Shown here: one piece after another, positions 1 through 13,670 of the stretch
Numbering within the stretch: the stretch's first letter is position 1
Layout of the letters: every line of letters starts with the position of its first letter
NCBI GenBank assembly: GCA_964016885.1
Contig: OZ024746.1
Span: 8,742,001-8,806,000, forward strand
Reading direction: 5' to 3'
Origin: Eledone cirrhosa
Lineage: Eukaryota
DNA: 64,000 nt
Notes under the pieces: model-generated
What the model was told of the DNA's origin: nothing
Database searches by the model: none
Seen by the model: the letters and a program-made list of their open reading frames with translations, nothing else
Position numbers and translations under genes: made by a program

Positions 1-857
1 AAGGAATATTTTTACTTCATAAGGAAATTTTGGTATAATATTTGTCAAGAAAAAGGCAAGCGCCTTAGGGACTCTCTCTACGTTGCAGTTTCAATTCTCA
101 ATTGGAAATAATTTCACATGCATAATTAATATCCGTTTTGGTCTTCCGCCTCAAATATATGACATTCTTACCTCCTCTAAAGGTAGCGATTTGATGTGGC
201 AAATCAGCTTTCAAATTTCATTAAAGACACTAAAAATCTTTAACGCTCATAGGAAAAGCGCAGCAAACGCGCCCCTACTTAAATCAAAAGCTCAATGGCT
301 AGATATTGCAGTACATGATATTCATAGGTATAATGCATTGAATAATAGGTTTGTTTGATGAGAGTTTATCTGGGGTTTCACAACAACAACTACGACAATA
401 ACAACAAACATGATGAAAATAATGGCAACAACAACAACAGCATCAACAACAGTAACAGCTCATGTGTTCATAAATATTTTCGAAGAGGGAAAGAGAGAAA
501 GAGTGAGAGAGAGAGTGGGGGAGAGAAAGAGAGAGAGGGAGAGGGAGAGAGAGAGACTGAATGAGATAGATAGATGGATAGTTATAAATAGATAGATAGA
601 TAGATAGAGCGAGGGAGGGAGAGAGAGAGAGAGTGAGAGAGAGAGCGAGAGAGAGCGAGAGAGAGAAGACCTTAGTTACTGCTGCTCTATTTATTAAATC
701 AATTTGACCGATATGCTATTGCTGGATAATTTTAGTAATCAATAATAGCCAGCAAATTGCGTTTGTTAGCCGGTGTTGTCTGGAAGATATCTGTCTTTAT
801 ATCTATTTAACACATAATTCTATCAAGTGTGGGGTGTTTGAGTGTGAAGTTAATAAT

Positions 858-1043
858 TGTTTCTACTTTTGGCACAAGGCCAGCAATTATCCAGTGTATT
901 ACTGGTACTTTATTTTATCGACCCCGTAAGGATGAAAGGCAAAGTTAACCTTGGCGGGATTTGAACTGAGAATGGCAAGGGCCGTAACTCTATGCGTCAA
1001 AGCATGGCGTCCGACCCTCTACCGATACTGCCAATCCACCGCC
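858..1043 (-). mobile_element. tRNA-derived SINE (Octopus OK/Meta-domain-like), short-tail variant, with 15-bp TSD
   Basis: Minus strand: GGCGGTGGATTGGCAGTATCGG (A box), GTTCAAATCCC (B box), then GCCTTTCATCCTTACGGGGTCGATAAAATAAAGTACCAGT core. Flanked by tgtgaagttaataat at 843-857 and 1045-1059. Confidence 0.9.
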
Positions 1044-1080
1044 TTGTGAAGTTAATAATAATTGTGTGAAGTTAATAAAA

Positions 1081-1362
1081 ATTTCTAATTTTAAGCACAA
1101 GACCAATGATATTGGGGAAACGAAAGTCGATTGAATCAGCTCTAGTATTTTACTTGAACTTCATTTTATTGATATCGAACGGCTGAAAGGCAAAGTTGAC
1201 TTCGGTGGGATTTGAGTTCAGAACGTAAAAATACTACGGGGGATCAACTTTCCTTTTCATCCTTAGTGAATCGATGAAATAAAATACCAGTTAAGTATTT
1301 GGGTCGATATAATCGACTTTTCGCTATCTTCAAATTGCTGGCCTTTTGCCAATATTAGGAAT
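1081..1362. mobile_element. Two diverged partial SINE copies in opposite orientation
   Basis: gaaaggcaaagttgacttcggtgggatttgag (minus) followed by cttttcatcctt...gctggccttttgcc (plus). Confidence 0.7.
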
Positions 1363-2472
1363 AGTGTGAAATTAATAATTGTGAGAGTGAGAGCGCAAGT
1401 TTTTACATATCTTTATAATTGTGTTGATATAATTCAATACGAATGATTTATTACGATCAATTGGGTAACAAGAAATATTATCCCCAATACCATATATTCA
1501 GTTTTATGCGAATTTCTTCCAGGAACATCTTCGTGATCCTGTGTCATTCTATTTGTGGGAATGTAGAAGTGTATGTGTTTAATATATAACATTTGCTGCA
1601 TTCTTGGTATATTAGGTCTGCTGTTATTTCAGTGGTTCATCTGTTGTATTATGTACACACTTGGTTGTGATATTTTGTTGGGTGTCGTTTCTTTCATTTA
1701 TATGGACTGATCGTTGCTATTTCTTCGTGGCGTGTTTAGTTTTTCTCGTAGAATTGATCCTAGCTTACTCATGGTGAATGTCTCCAGGATCCATGAGTTG
1801 GACCACAGTCAAAAGCCTTCTGATAATTATCAATCCATGTCATACTTACACTTTTATTTCTCTTTCTATATTCTCCAAATATGGTTTTGTTGAGCAGTAA
1901 CTAACCCATACGAAAACATTGTAAATATCTATTACAATTTTTTGTAAATGTTTGTAAATATCTATAAATGTTTGCTAAGATGAACGGCTACATCTGTGTC
2001 TAATTACATCGTTTTTCTCTTTCAACGTGAACAAGAAATATTCTGAGGAAAAAATAATGACGAGTTTCTCTTAAATTCCCAATTCAAGTATAATATATGT
2101 ACAACATGCCAAACATGTGACACCATCGTCATCATTTGGTGATCTGAATCGGGAGAGACCTCACAATTCTTCCCCAAATCTCGTGATCCTACAATACCAC
2201 TCAACGCCACTGTCTCACGATAAATAGGAATAGGAGAGATTAGGGTCTTTCTCATCTAGTTGGCAGAGAACTTCATGGGACGGATATTGGACGGATTCAG
2301 GAACAAGGCCAACAAGTTTTGGGGAGTGGGGAAAGACGATTAAATCGATCCCAGTAGGTTACTGGTACTTTGGATAAGGTAACTGAGACTTACGATAATT
2401 TGGACAAAGTAAATGAGACTTATTTACGTTTATTATAAAAGAAACTTATAGCATACGCTTCCATATAGCCTC

Positions 2473-3100
2473 TAATAATTGTTTCTACTTTAGGCACAAG
2501 GCCAGCAATTACCCAGTGCATTACTGGTACTTTATTTTATCGACCCCGTAAGGATGAAAGGCAAAGTCAACCTCGGCGGGATTTGAACTCAGATCGTAAA
2601 GGGACGTAACTATGCTGGAAAATATATATAGCCTCTAATAATTGTTTCTACTTTAGGCACAAGGCCAGCAACTACCCAGTGCATTACTGGTACTTTATTT
2701 TATCGACCCCGTAAGGATGAAAGGCAAAGTCAACCTCGGCGGGATTTGAACTCAGATCGTAAAGGGACGTAACTATGCTGAAAGCATGGCGTCCGACCCT
2801 CTACCGATACTGCCAATCCACGGTTTCTTATATAGGCTGTAATAGGCTGGCCAGTAATTTTGGGGGAGGGGAAAGTCGATTAAATCGACCCCAGTACATT
2901 ACTGGTACTTTATTTTATCGACCCCGTAAGGATGAAAGGCAAAGCTAACCTCGGCGAAATTTCAAATCAGACCGTAAATGAACGTAACTATATGCTGCCA
3001 AAAACTATAATAAATATATTTGAAATCAGAACACAAAATGCCGTAACACAATGCCAGGAAGTATGTTGTCCGACACTCTACTGATACTATCAATCCACTA
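2473..3100 (-). mobile_element. Tandem cluster of 3-4 SINE copies, including a ~163-bp local duplication
   Basis: Core actggtactttattttatcgaccccgtaaggatgaaaggcaaag occurs three times. 2463-2619 is nearly identical to 2626-2780. Confidence 0.9.
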
Positions 3101-3174
3101 CCCCTTCATGGGACGAATATTGACACTAGTTTATCTTTAACTGTGAAACAGTTCCCAGTAGATTCTACACAACG

Positions 3175-3343
3175 CTGCTCCGCTGTTTGTGGAGGAGTGA
3201 TTAATCCAGATTATATCTATCCGGTCATCTGCTCCGCTGTTTGGGGATGTGTGTGTGTGTGTGCGTGATTAAACCAGATTATATCTATCCGGTCATCTGC
3301 TCCGCTGTGGGGGGAGTGATTAAATCAGATTATATCCGGTCAT
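3175..3343. repeat. Three-copy minisatellite (~55-70 bp unit)
   Basis: ctgctccgctgt...gtgattaa-ccagattatatctatccggtcat repeated three times. Confidence 0.85.
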
Positions 3344-5237
3344 TGCATTTCAATTTGGGTTGATGGTGGTGAGGAATTTTTAATCTTGTTCGAATTTTGG
3401 TCAATTATTGGAAAACCTAGAAAAAATTGAGAACAAAATTAGAACTTAATTCATCGGAAAGATAATTAGAATATATTTTCTTTATTTTATATCACACATT
3501 TATTTACTGGCGATGATCGATTTATGTTTTAAATATAATTTTCTGTTAGGAAATATTAAGCAAATATTTAAATTATAAAACTTTCTTAATCGAAGAATTA
3601 CAATATCAAAATATAGAATTCCTTTTTTTTTTTATTTGCCTCTATTTAAGCCGGTAAATTGGAACAATAGTTAGAGTGTCGGATGAATAAGTTGTGGTTT
3701 TTGTTCTGGTTCTTTAGGTTCTGAATATGAATATAAGTAACTCTGAGGCCGACTTCGACTTTTACCCTTCCAGGATCCATAACATAAAGTACCAGAAAAA
3801 GAAAGAAATCTTAAATAGTAAAGACTGTAACTTCGATTTAATGCTAATTTTAAACATGTTTCCACTGATAGCCCCAGGATAGGCATGCAATCTTATAATC
3901 TTTCCTATTGCATTTATAGTTGAAAGAAATGTTATTACATCCTCTAAGAGCAAAATATCATTATCATTACATATAGATAGTGGCCCACAAATGTACAAGT
4001 GAGATTATGCATTTATAAGGAACTTGAAGGTTAGAAAGGTATATCAAAGGAATTAAACAGAGAACTTAAAGATATGTAAGTATATGTAACAAAACGTTTA
4101 GTTGCATCTATAAATATTTTTATCGTTTAGAAGGAGAAAACATTTCCTCTGATTATTTATATAGTCTCCTTTACTAATGGGTAGGAGTTGAAGATATTCT
4201 GAAATTAAAGGTATAACTTGAATGCTTGAAAAAAGTGGGATCTCATAAAGGTAGTCAGGGTTCAGGTTGTGGTGACAAACTCAATGACAGACAGAATTTA
4301 CCCTCAAAGTAGATGACGGTTTGATTTCAACTCAGACAGAAGTGGGCCAGATTCCCAGATTTCCCAGGCTTACCCTTTTGCAGTTGTGTTATATTTAACA
4401 GCCCCCAAAGAATGAGGTTTGTAGGATTTGAACTCAGAAGAGAAGGATCAGAATACATACCAGAAGGTATTTCCTCAGAGGCACTAACACTTCCCACATA
4501 GTCATATATTTTTCATATTTTACTTTTTTACCAACGTGTAAATAAACTGCAACTGAACTTCCCACTCGTCCTTGTCTGTTCATGTCATGCGCTCCTTGTG
4601 TATGTAAAAGAAACTTTTCTCATATTTGCGCAGGAGAAATAGTCGTGGTAAATGCAAACCTACTTGTTATCAAGAAGCTGTGTTTTTGCTTTTGGGAAAT
4701 CATATTCTTTATTTCGTTTCAGTAATGATATTTTGACGAATTCAGAAATAGGCTTCCGCATATGTTCCAGCTTTAGGATTGGTCTACACTATCGTTGCTG
4801 CCAAGGAAAAAAGTTTAAACTAATCATTTTTATATATATATCTTCTTTAGAATTGTATTATTTAGTAGAAGTTCATATAAAATATATTCGATAAAAATGT
4901 ACGAATAATTCATATGAGACGTCAGCTCGGTTGTCATATTCCATTTTATATGTGCTTGAAGTATTAAACTAACTCAGAGGAACTTGGACACATAAGCACA
5001 ACAGGCAAATGCAACTCACTATATATACATACATACACACATACGCGCCGCACACACATGCACGCACACACATATGCACACACACATCTTCTCTCTCTTT
5101 CACATACACAAATATATATATATATATATATATAATTATACTGTATTGTTTATTATACATTAAATATTTAGCTCTGTAACTTACATAGAGCACTCTTCAT
5201 TCCTCTGACTTTTTCAATTTTCAACGGAAACTTCAAT

Positions 5238-5347
<110 letters not shown>

Positions 5348-5353
5348 GAGAGA

Positions 5354-5619
5354 GAGGTATAACACTGGAAGGTAATAACCGTAGTAGTAGAGCACTCAGT
5401 CCATGGGACGAGTTTGGTAGAAGTGATAACACAAAAGTTAGTTCACCATACCGAGAACAATTGTTACACCTTAGCGGACCAGTACGAGTTGAAGATCCGC
5501 TAAGGTGAAACAATTGTTCTCAGTATGGTGAACTAAGCGTTGTGTTACCACTTATATATATATATATATATATATAAGTGGTAACACAACGCTTAGTTCA
5601 CCATACTGAGAACAATTGT

Positions 5620-5620
<1 letters not shown>
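5354..5620. mobile_element. Short inverted (hairpin) Penelope-like terminal element in (TA)n
   Basis: Arms ~5420-5478 and ~5496-5553 are reverse complements, with a third partial arm at 5576-5620. The same family occurs at 52575-52755. Carries an HHR. Confidence 0.7.
5486..5521 (+). ncRNA. Minimal type I hammerhead ribozyme motif (U3 variant)
   Basis: gag-TTGAAGA-tcc(gctaa)ggt-GAAAC-aatt-GTT-ctc. Stem I gag/ctc and palindromic stem-loop III aacaattgtt. Confidence 0.7.
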
Positions 5621-5690
<70 letters not shown>

Positions 5691-7784
5691 CACAGAAAAA
5701 AGAGAATCAGTGTTGCGACGAAAGGAATGTATTGGCCATATTACAATTGTTTCTCGGGCGACCAGCTTGAGGCACGATCGATATGGTGATCAAACCTGAC
5801 TCTGAAATCGCGCGGTCCTCGGATACGTCTCGATTCTACAGAGAAGGGATTAAAAACATATTTGATAAGGTGTTACTTAATGCAGAGAACTATTACAAAT
5901 TGCAATGAATAATGAATTGGTGGACTTTGTATTGCTTCTAAGCCCCAAGTCATTTCTCATTATAGACCTATAATCAATGGCATTCTATCCATGACCATCC
6001 TAACTAGTTTTGTCACAATTTCCCTCGGACAGAATTGTTTATAATCCTAGATCCATATTGTGGATCTATGCTGTGTGTAGGATCCTTGTATCCTACATTA
6101 ACTAATAAAAGGTACATTATGACACAAGTGAGAGAAAATTTGACTGTTAATCGTCGTAGGCTGACTGATGACGTTGAGGTATTTTTCGTGTGGATATGTA
6201 CATACGGTTGACACACTGGCAGTTTGTTGTAATAATGGTAATAACAGTAGGATGAAAGAAAGTATTAACTAAATAAATTACAGACGTGTACCAGCTTCTA
6301 TATACAACTAATAATTAACGAAAGACCTTACTCAAGATTTTACTGGTTCGCCTTGTTTTGGCTAATCCTCATGACTGAAGAAACAGCGAAAATTTTATTG
6401 CGAGATATATGTGGTATATTAAGAGAAACCATAGCAGGTATGTTGAATTGAATGCATTAAGGTGGTAGTTAGATATTCACGTGAAATTATGATGTAGTTT
6501 ACATTCGTTGGTGTATTGGCAACCATTCAAGCCTAACTCTTTTTTGTCTATTCGAAGCCATAACACCTACATTATTTATTTTATCAATATTAATACCTTC
6601 ACATTGATATTTAGAATTTATGATCAGCAATAAAAACATGCAAACTGCTGAAAAGAGAATATATTATTTAAGAGACAACTATATAATGTGTGATTATGGA
6701 CGGAACATATTCATTTGTGAAGACATATGTTCAAAATAATACTTTGAAACAGTAACATTAAAGTGGAAATATTAGACTAAGAGTAAATAAATAAACAAAA
6801 TGATGGTTAGAACAACAAAGAAATCAAATAAAAGACATAAAATATTTCTCATATTGTTTACATAGTTTAGTATATTAAAAGCTTTTTATTGTTTATTCAT
6901 ATGAGTATGGGAAAAAAGTTATTTACTTTTTCAGTCACAGAGGAAAAATATTGTTTTAGTTTCTCGAGATATTACTCTATTAAGAGAACCACTGCTGAAC
7001 AAATCGATTGTGTGCTGAAAACTGAATGGTTTATATCTGATGATCAGTTAATCTGTTAGGCCGTTCTCGCCACTAAGTTCTGAACTACATTTCTTATATG
7101 GGTGTAGTAAACTGTGAAATATAACGTGCACTATTGTATAATTGCATGAGTGATTATTCGTTTTAGCTTACATTACTTAAGTAAAATCATCTGATGGGTA
7201 TATAACTTCATCTACTTCAGCTATCGATGTGTTTAGATTATAGAAAGAAAATTATATAGAAAATATAACTCCTAATTTACTTGTTCGGAAATTTCAGGAT
7301 GAATCGCATAATCGCGCGATTTCACGATGTGAGTTGAATCAGATCATTAGAAGTAAGTGTCCCAGAGATAAGGAAGTAATTTTCTATCTGGCGATAAATA
7401 AGAACATTTTCTTTCATATTCGAGAAAACAAAGGATGCTTCAGATAATTAGTATTTTCTCAAAAGTCCATGAAAGCTTGATTTAAGTTTTTGCATGTATA
7501 TCAAATACACGATTTAATACTTTCAGTGTTTACTCACAATGGTAAAAGAATTTCTTGAGCTGATGGAATAATGTACTGGATTCAGCCCTCGGTCATCAGA
7601 AAGGGAGGTTGATGTAAAAGCCATACTCGCAATCTTCAATTCGGTATACATCCTTAGCGGCCCTTATGGTCCTGAATCTTGAGTAAATATCGAACGAATA
7701 TGATTGCAAATACAATGTGGGTTTTTTTTAATAGAAAATAATTCATTATTAAAAGATTGACCAGCATTAACTTTTCTTAATGTT

Positions 7785-8072
7785 AATAACACGATCAACC
7801 GAAGAGCCTGCTCATGAAATTAACGTGCAAGTGGCTGAGCATTCCACAAACTCGCATACCCTCAACGTAGTTCTCAGGGATGTTCCTCATGACACAGAAT
7901 GTGAGAAGACTCACCCTTTGAATTACAGGTACAACTCATTTTTGCTAGCAGAGTGGACTGGAGCAACGTTAAATAAAATACCTTGCTCAAGTATACAGCG
8001 CGCCGCCGGGAATCGAGCTCACGAACTTACGATGTTGAGCCGAATTCCCTAACCACAAAGCCACGCGCTTTC
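7785..8072 (-). mobile_element. Second tRNA-derived SINE family (Octopus OR-type-like), near full length
   Basis: Minus strand: GCGCGTGGCTTTGTGGTTAGG (A box), GCTCGATTCCC (B box), CTTGAGCAAG...TTATTTAACGTTGCTCCAGTCCACT central domain. Partial copy at 50760-50880. Confidence 0.8.
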
Positions 8073-11000
8073 AAATAGCAGTGTGATCATGTTACAAATC
8101 CAAATACTTGTAGGACCCTCTATTAACACCTGGTGGATAGTTAAGGTATCTTGAACGAGTAGTACTGCTTTCAGTAATTACTGATCATCAGATCTGTTTT
8201 ATCGTAATTATTAATCATGTTTGGGATCAAAGATCAGAGGCTCCAGATACTCTATAATGATTATGTTTAATTTCATTCTGGATTGAAATAATGATTACTC
8301 CTCTCCTTTCTTCCTCTCCTGACGTAAATAATTTCTTTGAATACACACCAAAACTTACACTGGGCGTCTGCCATCAGGTACTCACGAAAAGTAAGCCATC
8401 AGACTGAATGGTGTTGTTATTTAGTCGTTACGAAGATTTCAATGAAATGAACGTTACAAACTGCTATTGAAACATAAGCCACAAAAATAGTATTCTATCT
8501 GAAATTAATCAATGAAACATCATTAAAAATACGTGGTTAGATATACTCCTCTCACACCCAAATATTAAATACTAACCGCATGTTGACACCGACATCAGAT
8601 TATGTTATCTACCCTGGGTCACTCAATAAACATGTTTAAAGGTTATTTTAGGATTCAGCAGAATTGTGTTTGGATATAATTTAGAACATTTATACTTGTC
8701 GGATGAATAAGTGTTGGCCATTATAACGTTAGATTTCATTATAAACAACTAACATCTATTTATGTTGGCATGAGGTGTGGCCAGACAGAATCAGATCGTT
8801 AGTTAGAAAAAATCCAGAAATATAAGAAAAGATTTTAGTAATCCAGATTTCAGATTTCACTTTTCAGAAATATATATGTATTATAAAATTCTCGACTTTA
8901 GTCTCTCAAATAGTTTCTTTACAGTAATAAATTCTGAAATATATGAAAGCGAAATGTTGTTTTGACTCGGAATGATGTATATTTATAGACGTAAATTTAT
9001 ACTGTAGGTGACCACTTTATATCGTTTATCAGTTTATACCAAGGTGTCTGTTCAACTAGATTGATTAATGTATCATTGTGGATTCCCGCGTTGATGTGGA
9101 TATTCTGCGTTTTTCCAGGAAACTCAACCCACATATTTAAACAGAACTTGTCGAAATAAAAATAAAAGAAATGGGATATTGAACAAATTTCATTGGAGGA
9201 GATGTATCTATGTAGATGAAGTACAAAGATGTATCTATGTAGGATGAAGTACAAAATTGATACTTTGGTGTGTGCAGAGACTAAATATCTGTACTTAAAA
9301 AGATATGATTACGTCACGTCAACCCCCCCCCCCCCCACCCTGGAAATTCCAATAGGCTGGTGGATGTCTATATTCCTACATGTATATTAAACGGTATATG
9401 TCTCTTCCTTGACTACATCGTAGATACACTACTGCAAAATTAACAATTATAAAACCCAAAAGACATAGGTGTTTCTTAATCTGTCTATTTACTGTCCTTG
9501 CTCAATAAGTCTGGGGTCATCCTGATCTGTAGAGAAGTGATAAAGAAATTAGACCCATTAGGAGCTAATTTTCACTTCCTTATCCCCGGGCAAACCAATT
9601 TATAAACAGTCAGAATGCAGAATTATTTTTGCACTATATTTAATAAAAGTTTTAAAGTCAGTATTTACGAATGAAAAATGCGTGAAAAAATTATTTGAAC
9701 AGTCTATAACTAATGGGAATTATAGAAATAAAAACAGAAAACTTTTAAGATTTATTTATTTAACAATATCTATTTTTGTAAACGTTTTAATATTTAGTAT
9801 CCGAGTATTTCTTCTTTTTATCTAATTAAGACACTTGTATTTTCCAGTCTTAGCAAACCATACTGAAATGTCTACTTTATACATTATAAAGACTATTTTA
9901 AGTTTATACAGAGATAGCCAGACAAAAACCAGTGAACATTTTGAATGTCAGTAAAATATCGATGTTACGACGTATTCTTAGACTATTAGAATTACGTGTA
10001 GTGACAAAATGTTTCCTTCACAGAGGAAATCAATTCCAGTAACTGCTTAATCGCAGCACATAAAAACATTGGGAATTGGTTTTCAAGCATAACTAATATT
10101 TCCCCAAATAATTTTTTGCTTTTATTAGAACAAACATTTATAATACGAGCTAAAGTTATTATTAATACCTGTTGATTTTATATGAATAGACTTACAACGA
10201 AATTATTTATCTAATACCAAAATCTCCAAGTTCAAATTAGTCCACCGAGAAAGAATGTTAGTCAAAAGTAAAATATAAAACACACGACTTGAGATTATGG
10301 ACTTGTCTCTACAAGAAGAAGACTATTTACATATAATGTAATATGCTTCATATTGAGAATTGTTTGATCATTTCACTGAAACGATTCTTCTATCACATTC
10401 CAGGCTATAACAGAAATAGAGATTATGACATTTTCTGAAATCTTGTTAAATTACGCTATTAATACATAACTTTAAGTTCTCAAATTTTTCAGCGTTGATA
10501 TTCTTATAAAAACATTAATTCTGATATTTTAAACTTGTTTTACGGCATATAGTTACGTCTCTTTTCACTCTGAGTTCATATCCCTCAGAGGTTAGCTTTG
10601 CTTTTCATCCATACGCTATAAATACGTAACTTTAAATTCCAAAATCTTTTAGCGTTGATATTCTTATAAAAATATATTAAATCTAATATTTTAAAATCTG
10701 TTAAACTTTGGGAGTGACACTGTATTTAAGACACTGATGTGTGCTTTGAGGAAGATGTAGGTACTATGTTTAACAAGTTGAGTGATCACCAATGTCCAGT
10801 AAAAGACAAATATGCCCTTGCTTTCAACATGTTCTTTTTCTCACGTCGTAATTATATGTTTACACTAAATTCTTCGATGTGAGATATTGTTTAGACCCAC
10901 CATGAGAAATATGTCCGCTAGGTATACAATAAACTATTTCACTCGGAATAATACATTCTCTCTTAAACACATTTCCAATCTTTTCAGCAGACTAGGGGTA

Positions 11001-12180
11001 TATATTAATTTTATTGTATTAATTGAAAGGAAGCCAGAATTACTACACGTATTGAAAATGTTGAAAATCCAAAACTGACTTTGGTAGTATTTGAACTCAA
11101 CGTGATGAACAGACGTATCTACTTTAGTCATCTATTCTACATCCACTCAGACTAAACGTACGAAGCTGAATTCTTCTGTAAGCTGAGCTCAAAATAGTTT
11201 AATCTAGTACTATCGTTGCTTATATCTTACACGACAAAGATGTTCTATTAATATCTAAGACATTGTAGTTATAATCTGTTAAAGAAATGACTAAAACTAC
11301 CAAGTAACGCTTTTGCTGGATCCGTTCCAATTTAAAGAGAGAATTAATAGAAAAAAACTGAGTTAATTATATATATTACAGTTAGAAAAATATTTAATAT
11401 TACTGTTTAAGTAGGGTTAATTATAAAATGTACAAGCTTCAACTGATGCACGGAAGATGGCTTACAACATTGAGAAATATCAGCCAGATAACTCTATGAT
11501 ATAATAACAATTCTCGTTTTCTCGAAAAATGTATGTTGGAAAACATGAGATCATTGCAAACGTGTTTTATATCATTCACTCGTTTATCGCACGCAAGACA
11601 TTCAATCTAAAATACATTCGTGAGAGAATAGTTATTGGTCGTAACGTATGAGGGTCATTTGATCTTACGTAGATCGTATCTCGTTTTAACAGCAAGCATC
11701 TTCATTGCAACCAACAAATTACTGTCGAATTGGGCAGGATAAATTTATTGCTAAATACAACAGCTGGAAACGGCAACATTCCACAGATATCAGACCAAGG
11801 AGAGGAAAAAGAAAAGAAAAATTCACTGAATAAATAAATCAACGAAAAACAAAGAGTAAAGGGGGGAAATGTATAGATAGATAGATACATTAACAGATTA
11901 TTAAAAGAAATCCCATAAAAAAGAAAATAATGACCAACATAAAATATAAACAATTCTGATGAGATATCAAGAGACAGTTTGAAACGTGACCACATAGAGT
12001 GCAAATGAACCTAATTGGAAAAATACAGATTAGTTTGTACGTGCAAAGAATATGTCTGCATATTCTGTTATCCATGATCTATGATATATATAATTTCACA
12101 ACCCATACCACCATACCAACACATAAGACTAGCCGGATTTATATAGAGTGTTGTCTTAGATTGCAGAAAATACTTTGCGG

Positions 12181-12233
<53 letters not shown>

Positions 12234-12307
12234 CACGATAGAATTAATTAATATATATATATATAAATGATATATATGTATGTGTATATATATGTATGTG
12301 TATATAT

Positions 12308-12852
12308 ATGATGGCTGCCCCCTCGTTATCGAGTATGGCCATTGCACGATATACCATTATTAATAATTATTAATTAATTCTATCGTACAATGCCTGTGCG
12401 TGAAGATATTTTTTAAAGTGAGGAAAGTGAGGAAAGACTGTGCACTAAGCCAATCCCACTCTCTGAGCGACAGTAGCTATAACTCGAAAAGAAAAAAAAG
12501 ATCAACATCATCGATAGCTACTGAGCCGCAGGTTTTATATCGGAGATATCCCAGTTTCCTGAGTTGCCTTCTCCTAGAAGAATGCCCTGATAAAGGCTAG
12601 GGGGTCTTTCACTCCCAGTGGTTTAACCGCGCGGTAAATGTGTATATACATATTTACATATTTTCGGATGGCCGTTCACTCTTATGAGTTCTTCCGCTCT
12701 TTGACAGGTTTTGTCTTTTGTCATGCAGGGTGTCCCAGATCCTCCTCCTCACCAAGTAAACTTGGTGGGGTTGCCGGTTTAGTCGCCGACGACACGACCA
12801 TGCGCCAGGTTTTACTGGGTTACATGTTACCAATAGCACTCAAGAGTAACCC

Positions 12853-12855
<3 letters not shown>
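12308..12855 (-). mobile_element. Non-autonomous RTE-derived element, subfamily B
   Basis: Homologous to 46415-47012 (actaaaccggcaacccc, ctaggagaagg, gggcagccat 3' end) but lacks the zinc-finger remnant. Flanked by (TA)n. Second copy at 38438-38775. Confidence 0.75.
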
Positions 12856-12892
<37 letters not shown>

Positions 12893-12903
12893 TAACAGAT
12901 TAA

Positions 12904-12954
12904 AGTTTAAGCAAAGAATCGCTGCTTTCACCCTTAATGGGATCTTCTGAAACT
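12904..12954 (-). ncRNA. Type I hammerhead-like motif (CAGAAGA core), inverted copy
   Basis: Reverse complement of 13620-13670 with one loop II substitution. Confidence 0.6.
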
Positions 12955-13619
12955 AACAAAGTCAATGTATACACGCACACACACACACATATATATATAT
13001 TAATATATATATTTTTATATATATTTTTATGTGTATTTGGTGTATACATTCGTATGCGTGCGGGTACAGGCGTTGAGTGGGTTCTGTATGTGCGTGTGGT
13101 TTTTTTTTTGTGTACGTGCGTGTATTTGTATACCTATGGCGAGTGTGTTCGCGTATGCTTGTGTATGTACGTATATGGATGCGTGTATGTATTTATTTCA
13201 ATTACCTCTGTATTTTATTTACTTTATTCTTAACTCTGAAGCCGAGAATCATTCGGTTTCCTAGTTAGAATTTTAGTCTACGACTTCAGTTATACCATTT
13301 ACGTGGTTTTGTCTTTGCGTGCAATTGTTCTCCTCGCTCCACATATGACGTATTATCTTCGTTTTTTCCGTTCATTGCCAGAGAACGTCTCTATGAACCT
13401 AAGAGAATATTAGTCTACGACTTCTTTTATACAATAAACGTGGTTTTGTTTTTGCGTGTAATTGTTTTTCACCGCTCCAAATAATGACGTATTATATTCG
13501 TTTTTTTCCCGTTCTTTGCCAGGGAACGTTTCCACGAACCGAAGTATCGTCTTCCTGTCTTCCTCCGGTTGCAAAGTTTTTTGAAATATTCACTTCTGCG
13601 TTCACAGATTGACTTTGTT

Positions 13620-13670
13620 AGTTTCAGAAGATCCCGTTAAGGGTGAAAGCAGCGATTCTTTGCTTAAACT
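13620..13670 (+). ncRNA. Type I hammerhead-like motif (CAGAAGA core)
   Basis: agttt-CAGAAGA-tccc(gttaa)gggt-GAA-AGCA(gcgattctt)TGCT-T-aaact. All three stems pair. U4A deviation. Confidence 0.6.

Noticed and set aside
858-1043. SINE heads as tRNA genes
   Set aside because: They have A and B boxes but no cloverleaf, and they are fused to the SINE core and tail.
1440-1900. Possible Penelope GIY-YIG remnant on the minus strand (LIYQECSKC)
   Set aside because: Too decayed to support by eye. BLASTx against PLE proteins would decide.
6364-6402. Hammerhead-like CTCATGA-ctg..cag-cGAAAT
   Set aside because: Core mutated, stem II out of register and no stem I.
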